Below are positions 28,013 through 32,000 of a stretch of DNA of 32,000 bases, piece by piece. The position numbers and the translations under genes were made by a program. The notes beneath the pieces were generated by a model. That model worked only from the letters and a program-made list of their open reading frames with translations, was not told the DNA's origin and did no database searches. Source of the DNA: Acinetobacter wanghuae (GTDB lineage: Bacteria; Pseudomonadota; Gammaproteobacteria; Pseudomonadales; Moraxellaceae); NCBI RefSeq assembly GCF_009557235.1, contig NZ_CP045650.1, positions 180,001-212,000 on the forward strand, read 5' to 3'. Within the stretch, counting starts at the first letter, position 1. Every line of letters begins with the position of its first letter.

Positions 28013-28083
28013 GTTACTACATCAAAAAAATGCTGTTACCACATCAAAACCTGTATATCTGTTTTTCTGTTACCACATCAAAA
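28013..28083 (+). repeat. Three iteron-like direct repeats, GTTAC(T/C)ACATCAAAA
   Basis: Copies lie at 28013-28027, 28035-28049 and 28069-28083. Start-to-start spacing is 22 and 34 bp, roughly whole helical turns. Confidence 0.85.
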
Positions 28084-28238
28084 TTTGATATAAAAAATGT
28101 CTTAGTTTTTGTCTATGGAATGATTTTACAAATCAAATATTTATTAAATTTTATATATATTGTTTGTCTAACATTTTGTCCAATTATTTTTTAGCCTAAA
28201 AAAGCAGAAGGTTGGCATTAGTCAACGCTGCTTAAATT

Positions 28239-28295
28239 GGGAATATACCCAATATTGGTATCATTCCGAAAACGGTAATATTCCCAATATTGGGG
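28239..28295. promoter_or_regulatory. Two 22-bp operator-like units, each containing the palindrome CCAATATTGG
   Basis: The units are gggaatatacccaatattggta (28239-28260) and ggtaatattcccaatattgggg (28274-28295), 35 bp apart. The second contains the perfect 12-bp palindrome cccaatattggg. Confidence 0.7.
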
Positions 28296-28343
28296 TTTTG
28301 AACGATCCCGTTTTTGGGATTTTGAATGTACCCGTTTTTGGGA
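28296..28343 (+). repeat. Tandem 24-bp direct repeat (21/24 identical)
   Basis: The units are ttttgaacgatcccgtttttggga (28296-28319) and ttttgaatgtacccgtttttggga (28320-28343). Confidence 0.9.
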
Positions 28344-28729
28344 TGCAGAACCTATCAATGAATCTACCAAAGAATCTGTCAATTTCTCTGAGAAGAAAAG
28401 TTCAACTTTTCAAGTGCTCATTACACTGTTTAGAAGTTGGGATTTTTATATGGATCTATAGTTTTTTAAAAGCCTATCCAAAAATGAACAAACATATAGT
28501 CCAATTTTGCAGCCATTTCCTTACTGAGTAACTTTAAGGAGAAAAATGACCTAAGGTATGTGAAAGGATTAACAGGGCTAATACATCAAATAAGAGCGTT
28601 TTAGAGATGCTCTTAAAAAGAGCTATTCAGACCTATTTGAATACGCCGTAATAATAAAGATGTTTAAAGGATGGGGCTGATTGCCAGGTAGGGTAAAAGG
28701 CTAAAAATATAGTGTTTAGCTCCCTCCCT

Positions 28730-28743
28730 CGCGCGCGCGCGCG
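28730..28743. repeat. (CG)7 alternating dinucleotide tract
   Basis: The sequence cgcgcgcgcgcgcg was read directly. It is preceded by tccctccct, lies in an otherwise AT-rich spacer, and is about 75 nt upstream of the 28817 start codon. Confidence 0.95.
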
Positions 28744-28754
28744 TTTTATTGGAA

Positions 28755-28773
28755 ATATACCCATTTTTTAAGG
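28755..28773 (+). promoter_or_regulatory. Conserved box ATA(T/C)ACCCATTTTTT(A/G)AGG, copy 1
   Basis: The sequence atatacccattttttaagg lies 44 nt upstream of the probable start at 28817. Copy 2 lies at 29647-29666. Confidence 0.5.
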
Positions 28774-28795
28774 TCGCCGATTATCCCCTAATAGG

Positions 28796-29119
28796 TTGAA
28801 ACTTATGGAGGTGGATATGGGAATTTATATTGAACTGAATAATTTTGAAGTATCCAAAAGACTAATTTTTATTAAAACTGCAATTAAATACAAAGCACCC
28901 GATTATTCGACAATGATCCAAGAGCTTAGAGACTCTCATGATATGACGGCAGAGAAAATAGCATTTATCTTGCCTGTATCTGGTGCATCTTCAGTTTCTG
29001 AGTGGGCTCGTGGTGGCATACCTCATTATGAGGTAGGAGAAGCACTGTTGGAGCTTTGGAAAACCCTGACTAATAAAACAGACGAAGATATCCCAAGACT
29101 TGATCGTTGGAGTGTATAA
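28796..29119 (+). CDS. Small HTH-like regulator (Cro/early regulator candidate)
   Basis: The track ORF begins at a TTG at 28796. The GGAGG at 28807-28811 favours the ATG at 28817 (MGIYIELNNFE...). The segment MTAEKIAFILPVSGASSVSEWARGG is HTH-like. Confidence 0.5.
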   Translation: MKLMEVDMGIYIELNNFEVSKRLIFIKTAIKYKAPDYSTMIQELRDSHDMTAEKIAFILPVSGASSVSEWARGGIPHYEVGEALLELWKTLTNKTDEDIPRLDRWSV

Positions 29120-29123
29120 GCAA

Positions 29124-29594
29124 ATGGCAAATACAAAAGTAGTAGCTTTCAGACCATTAGATTGCGATGACATGGAGAGATCTATCCAACTGTGTAACGG
29201 AATAGAATATTTAATTGATGAGTTTCTAAGACAGACCAATGGGAAAGAATCTAGACAGTTATTGAATAGTGAATATCAGCATCATCTACTGAAGATAGCA
29301 GATCATTTGGAAGAACTAATTCATCGACTTACTTATTTAGCAGATAAAAACAATAAGGAGTTTTACTTCAGTCATTTGTATTCGATTCTTAAAAGTTTGA
29401 ACTGTATGCCAAATACATTAATTATTACGGCGTTTTATCTAGATCCGACACGAGAGTTCAAGCGATTGGTTAATCGCAATACATTTAATTTTGAAGTGGG
29501 GCAGATTGTAAAAAAAATAAAATTCATTAAATCGGTTCTTCAATCTTTATACGTCGGTCGAAAATCAGGAATTAAATTAATTAGCAAAATGTAA
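29124..29594 (+). CDS. Hypothetical protein (about 156 aa)
   Basis: The ATG at 29124 (MANTKVVAFRPLD...) lies just after the stop of the previous ORF. I recognise no family. Confidence 0.5.
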   Translation: MANTKVVAFRPLDCDDMERSIQLCNGIEYLIDEFLRQTNGKESRQLLNSEYQHHLLKIADHLEELIHRLTYLADKNNKEFYFSHLYSILKSLNCMPNTLIITAFYLDPTREFKRLVNRNTFNFEVGQIVKKIKFIKSVLQSLYVGRKSGIKLISKM

Positions 29595-29611
29595 CGATGT
29601 CATCGAATGTG

Positions 29612-29640
29612 AAAAAGGAGTCTATATGACTCCTTTTTTG
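29612..29640 (+). terminator. Rho-independent terminator
   Basis: The sequence aaaaaggagtctatatgactcctttttt has the stem ggagtc/gactcc followed by T6. Confidence 0.85.
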
Positions 29641-29646
29641 TTTATG

Positions 29647-29666
29647 AATACACCCATTTTTTGAGG
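29647..29666 (+). promoter_or_regulatory. Conserved box, copy 2
   Basis: The sequence aatacacccattttttgagg lies 54 nt upstream of the ATG at 29720, immediately after the terminator. Confidence 0.5.
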
Positions 29667-29719
29667 ATAGGTAGCACTCTAAAGTAAATCTATTCATTTG
29701 GATCTATGGAATAACAGTA

Positions 29720-31711
29720 ATGATAATCCCACGCTCACAAGAACGTGTAGTTTCACAGCCAACATTACAGCAGCACACACCAATGACAGGCTTAAACGCA
29801 ATTGGTAATGCTATTGGCGGTGTTCTAGATGCTCGCAATGAAAAAATTAAAGAGGAAACAGAAAAAAAAGAGAAAGCCGATTTTGCATTGCAGTCATCTA
29901 AAGTTGGTGCTGACATTAGTGTGGTCGATAATGATCTACTTCTCAAAATGCAGAGTGGTGAATTAACTTATGATAATGCAGTAAAGCAAAGACAGGAAAG
30001 CCTTGAGTCAATCAAGACCCAGTATAAAACTGCCGTACCAAAGCAGTTTGAGCAAAACTTTAATAATTACTTCGAACAGCATTCTTATCAAAGTGCATCG
30101 AAGTATTTGCCGATCGCGCAGAAATCAGAACAACAACAGGCAATTGTCCAACTTAAGGACATGAAAGAAAATTATTTAAAGAACCCGAATGCTTCCGAAC
30201 AAGAAGTTTGGAATGGTTTAGCTACATATGGACAATCTAAGAGCCTACCTTTGGCCCATGTTAAAGATGCTTATAACGAATATAAAAATAATCGCTCCAG
30301 CAATGATGTGGCTGCATTCTATTTAGGAAATAAGTCGGACAATGAAAAGCTTACTGAACTAACGACTCCTGAAGCTGTAATAGCAAAACATCCCAATTTA
30401 ACCCAAGAACAGGCTGTCTACTGGAGTGGTCGTGCACTCACCCAAATGGATCAGAATAAACGTGCGGCTGCCTTGCAGCAAAAGCAGTTAGAAGATGATG
30501 CCAAGGATGCTGTTAATGAGATGAAGGCAGACATTGAGACATTACTAATTCCAAGTGAAGCGGTGCTTAAATCCCGTTTAGCGCGTGTTAAAGGGACTGA
30601 AAAAGAATCTGAATTTGTCCAGTACAGTGGTGCCTTGGTTGAAGTCCAGCAGTTCATGAAGCTAGGGGCAGATGAACGTGAAGCCTATCTTAGTAAAAGA
30701 CGCTCTGAGGCTCAAAATACGGCGCAAGACAATGCTAAAGATGTGAGTTGGAGGTTAAATCTTCTCTCTAAAACGCATGATAATATGCTTGGTTATGAGA
30801 AAAATAACTCAGCTTTGGCTTACTCAATTAAGACCGGCCAAGATCTGACGGTAGTACCCACCAATGCAATTTTAAGTGGTAGCCCTGAAGCGATTGCAGC
30901 TCTATCCAAAAATATTAAATCTATTCACGCCAACAATATATTAGATGGGACTGTAGGGTCCTTAAATCCTTTCTCTACCCAACAACAATCTGAATTAAAG
31001 CAGTTCTGGGAAAAAGCTAAACCTGGTGACAAGTTAGGTTTACTAACCAGTATTTATAAATCTAGTGCAGGCAATGCCAATGCATCCAGAGACATGATTA
31101 ATAGCATTGCAGGCGAAAGCGGTTCATATCGTTTATCTGCATCACTGAATAACCGTGGCCTGCAAGATATTGCCGGTCAGATCGTTACCGGCCAGGATCT
31201 GATTGAGAAGGGATTAGTCAAAGTAGATGAGAGCGGCTTAACAAAACATACAGAAACGTATTTAGCCGGCATTACTTCACCAGGTAAACCTGACTTTCAA
31301 ATCTATCTGGATTCAATCAAAGCCAACTATGCTTATTTGGTTCAAAAATCTGAAAAGGTCACTGATACAAAGGGCAATATTTTAAATAAAACCATTGATG
31401 AAGAGCTATTTAATAGAGCTGCTAAGAATGTCACAGGCGGTAAATTTACCTCAGGTGGATTCTTTGGGAGTAAGTCGGTAGTACTGCGGCCTCATACTGT
31501 TGGTGAGAAATCATTTCGTGAGCAGCTGGAGACGTTTAACTCTCGTAATGCACGTAACTATGGTGGATCTGATAAAGACTTCTTCTTGGATTTACCTTTG
31601 GAACAAGATCCAAAAAATCCATATGTCTATTACTTCAAGAATGGTACCAAGTACATCATGGATGCCACCGATAAGAAGCGTCAAACACGCTTAACTTTTA
31701 AAGTGAGATGA
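29720..31711 (+). CDS. Large phage-like protein (663 aa), coiled-coil/Gln-rich; possible virion-internal or ejection protein
   Basis: It is a long uninterrupted ORF. Its composition and length are typical of phage structural or ejection proteins. I see no catalytic motif. The function is inferred only from context. Confidence 0.4.
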   Translation: MIIPRSQERVVSQPTLQQHTPMTGLNAIGNAIGGVLDARNEKIKEETEKKEKADFALQSSKVGADISVVDNDLLLKMQSGELTYDNAVKQRQESLESIKTQYKTAVPKQFEQNFNNYFEQHSYQSASKYLPIAQKSEQQQAIVQLKDMKENYLKNPNASEQEVWNGLATYGQSKSLPLAHVKDAYNEYKNNRSSNDVAAFYLGNKSDNEKLTELTTPEAVIAKHPNLTQEQAVYWSGRALTQMDQNKRAAALQQKQLEDDAKDAVNEMKADIETLLIPSEAVLKSRLARVKGTEKESEFVQYSGALVEVQQFMKLGADEREAYLSKRRSEAQNTAQDNAKDVSWRLNLLSKTHDNMLGYEKNNSALAYSIKTGQDLTVVPTNAILSGSPEAIAALSKNIKSIHANNILDGTVGSLNPFSTQQQSELKQFWEKAKPGDKLGLLTSIYKSSAGNANASRDMINSIAGESGSYRLSASLNNRGLQDIAGQIVTGQDLIEKGLVKVDESGLTKHTETYLAGITSPGKPDFQIYLDSIKANYAYLVQKSEKVTDTKGNILNKTIDEELFNRAAKNVTGGKFTSGGFFGSKSVVLRPHTVGEKSFREQLETFNSRNARNYGGSDKDFFLDLPLEQDPKNPYVYYFKNGTKYIMDATDKKRQTRLTFKVR

Positions 31712-31718
31712 GGTAGAG

Positions 31719-32000
31719 ATGGATTTTTTAGCAGATGATGAATTAACGTTAAATCAGGACGACCCTCGCTTTAAACCTAAAAGTGAGCGCGGTGGACTTG
31801 CTGACGGCGTATTAGGTACTGTTTCCGGTGTTGCTATGGGTACCATTGAGGCAGCTACCGCCCCAGATGCCTTAGTACGTGGTGACAAGAAAGCAGCAGC
31901 TCTAAGAGCGCAAAACCTCGAGATTTTTAAGCCTGATGATTTAGGTGGCATAGGTGAGTTTACCTATGGCCTGACCAAAGACTTTACACGTATTGGCTGG
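31719..32000 (+). CDS. Phage-like protein, 5' part (runs off the window; not in the ORF track)
   Basis: The ATG at 31719 follows a GAGGTAGAG Shine-Dalgarno. The translation is MDFLADDELTLNQDDPRFKPKSERGGLADGVLGTVSGVAMGTIEAATAPDALVRGDKKAAALRAQNLEIFKPDDLGGIGEFTYGLTKDFTRIGW. It is open to the window end. Confidence 0.6.
   Translation, partial: MDFLADDELTLNQDDPRFKPKSERGGLADGVLGTVSGVAMGTIEAATAPDALVRGDKKAAALRAQNLEIFKPDDLGGIGEFTYGLTKDFTRIGW

Larger units (their letters stand above)
22638..32000. mobile_element. Island 2 / prophage-like element (left end; right end lies outside the window)
   Basis: It begins right after the tRNA-like fragment and is very AT-rich. It contains a PrtN-family gene, a repeat-dense divergent control region and large phage-like coiled-coil proteins. 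No integrase of its own is seen in the window. Confidence 0.6.

Noticed and set aside
28013-28343. A possible CRISPR array, given the clustered direct repeats
   Set aside because: The repeats are only 15-24 bp with 2-3 copies per family. Spacing is irregular or absent and no cas genes are present. Iteron or operator sites explain them better.
27991-28531. Track ORFs 27991-28194 (67 aa) and 28298-28531 (77 aa) in the large intergenic region
   Set aside because: Both use poor starts (the second is a TTG) and have no Shine-Dalgarno. Their odd peptide repeats (PVFG x2) simply mirror the DNA repeats. They are treated as non-coding regulatory DNA, though small genes cannot be fully excluded.
28536-28554. 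Strong AAGGAG Shine-Dalgarno followed by a 2-codon mini-ORF (ATG ACC TAA)
   Set aside because: It is too short to assess and may be chance in AT-rich DNA. It is mentioned within the control-region finding rather than called as a feature.

Overview
All homology calls come from reading the translations and recognising motifs. No database search was possible.

The window looks like a Moraxellaceae (Acinetobacter-type) chromosome and has three parts.

(1) 1-14.4 kb is an ordinary housekeeping block:
- uvrA (3' partial, minus strand; missing from the ORF track because it runs off the window)
- a small secreted or anchored protein
- a frameshifted TerC/DUF475-like membrane gene
- an MFS transporter, ssb and ahpC
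- a LysR regulator, a YcaC-like isochorismatase-family hydrolase and a pirin
- an FAD oxidoreductase plus methyltransferase pair
- tRNA-Thr(UGU) and an outer-membrane beta-barrel protein
Most of these genes have clean rho-independent terminators.

(2) About 14.68-22.64 kb is a compact integrative island. It is bracketed by two collinear ~150-bp homologous modules. It encodes a P4-type tyrosine integrase, an AlpA-like excisionase/regulator, two tiny coupled ORFs and a Rep_trans-like protein. Its cargo is a 2-TM protein and an 875-aa AAA_13 (RloC/PrrC-like) ATPase with a CxxC hook.

(3) From about 22.64 kb to the window end is a second, very AT-rich mobile or prophage-like element.
- Its left arm is a minus-strand gene train that ends in a tightly coupled four-gene cassette: an NA37/NdpA-like DNA-binding protein, a multi-TM protein, a divergent XseA and XseB. 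I consider this cassette the best candidate for an undescribed system, possibly anti-phage or anti-MGE.
- A ~900-bp repeat-dense non-coding control region follows. It holds three repeat families and a (CG)7 tract.
- Rightward phage-like genes complete the element.
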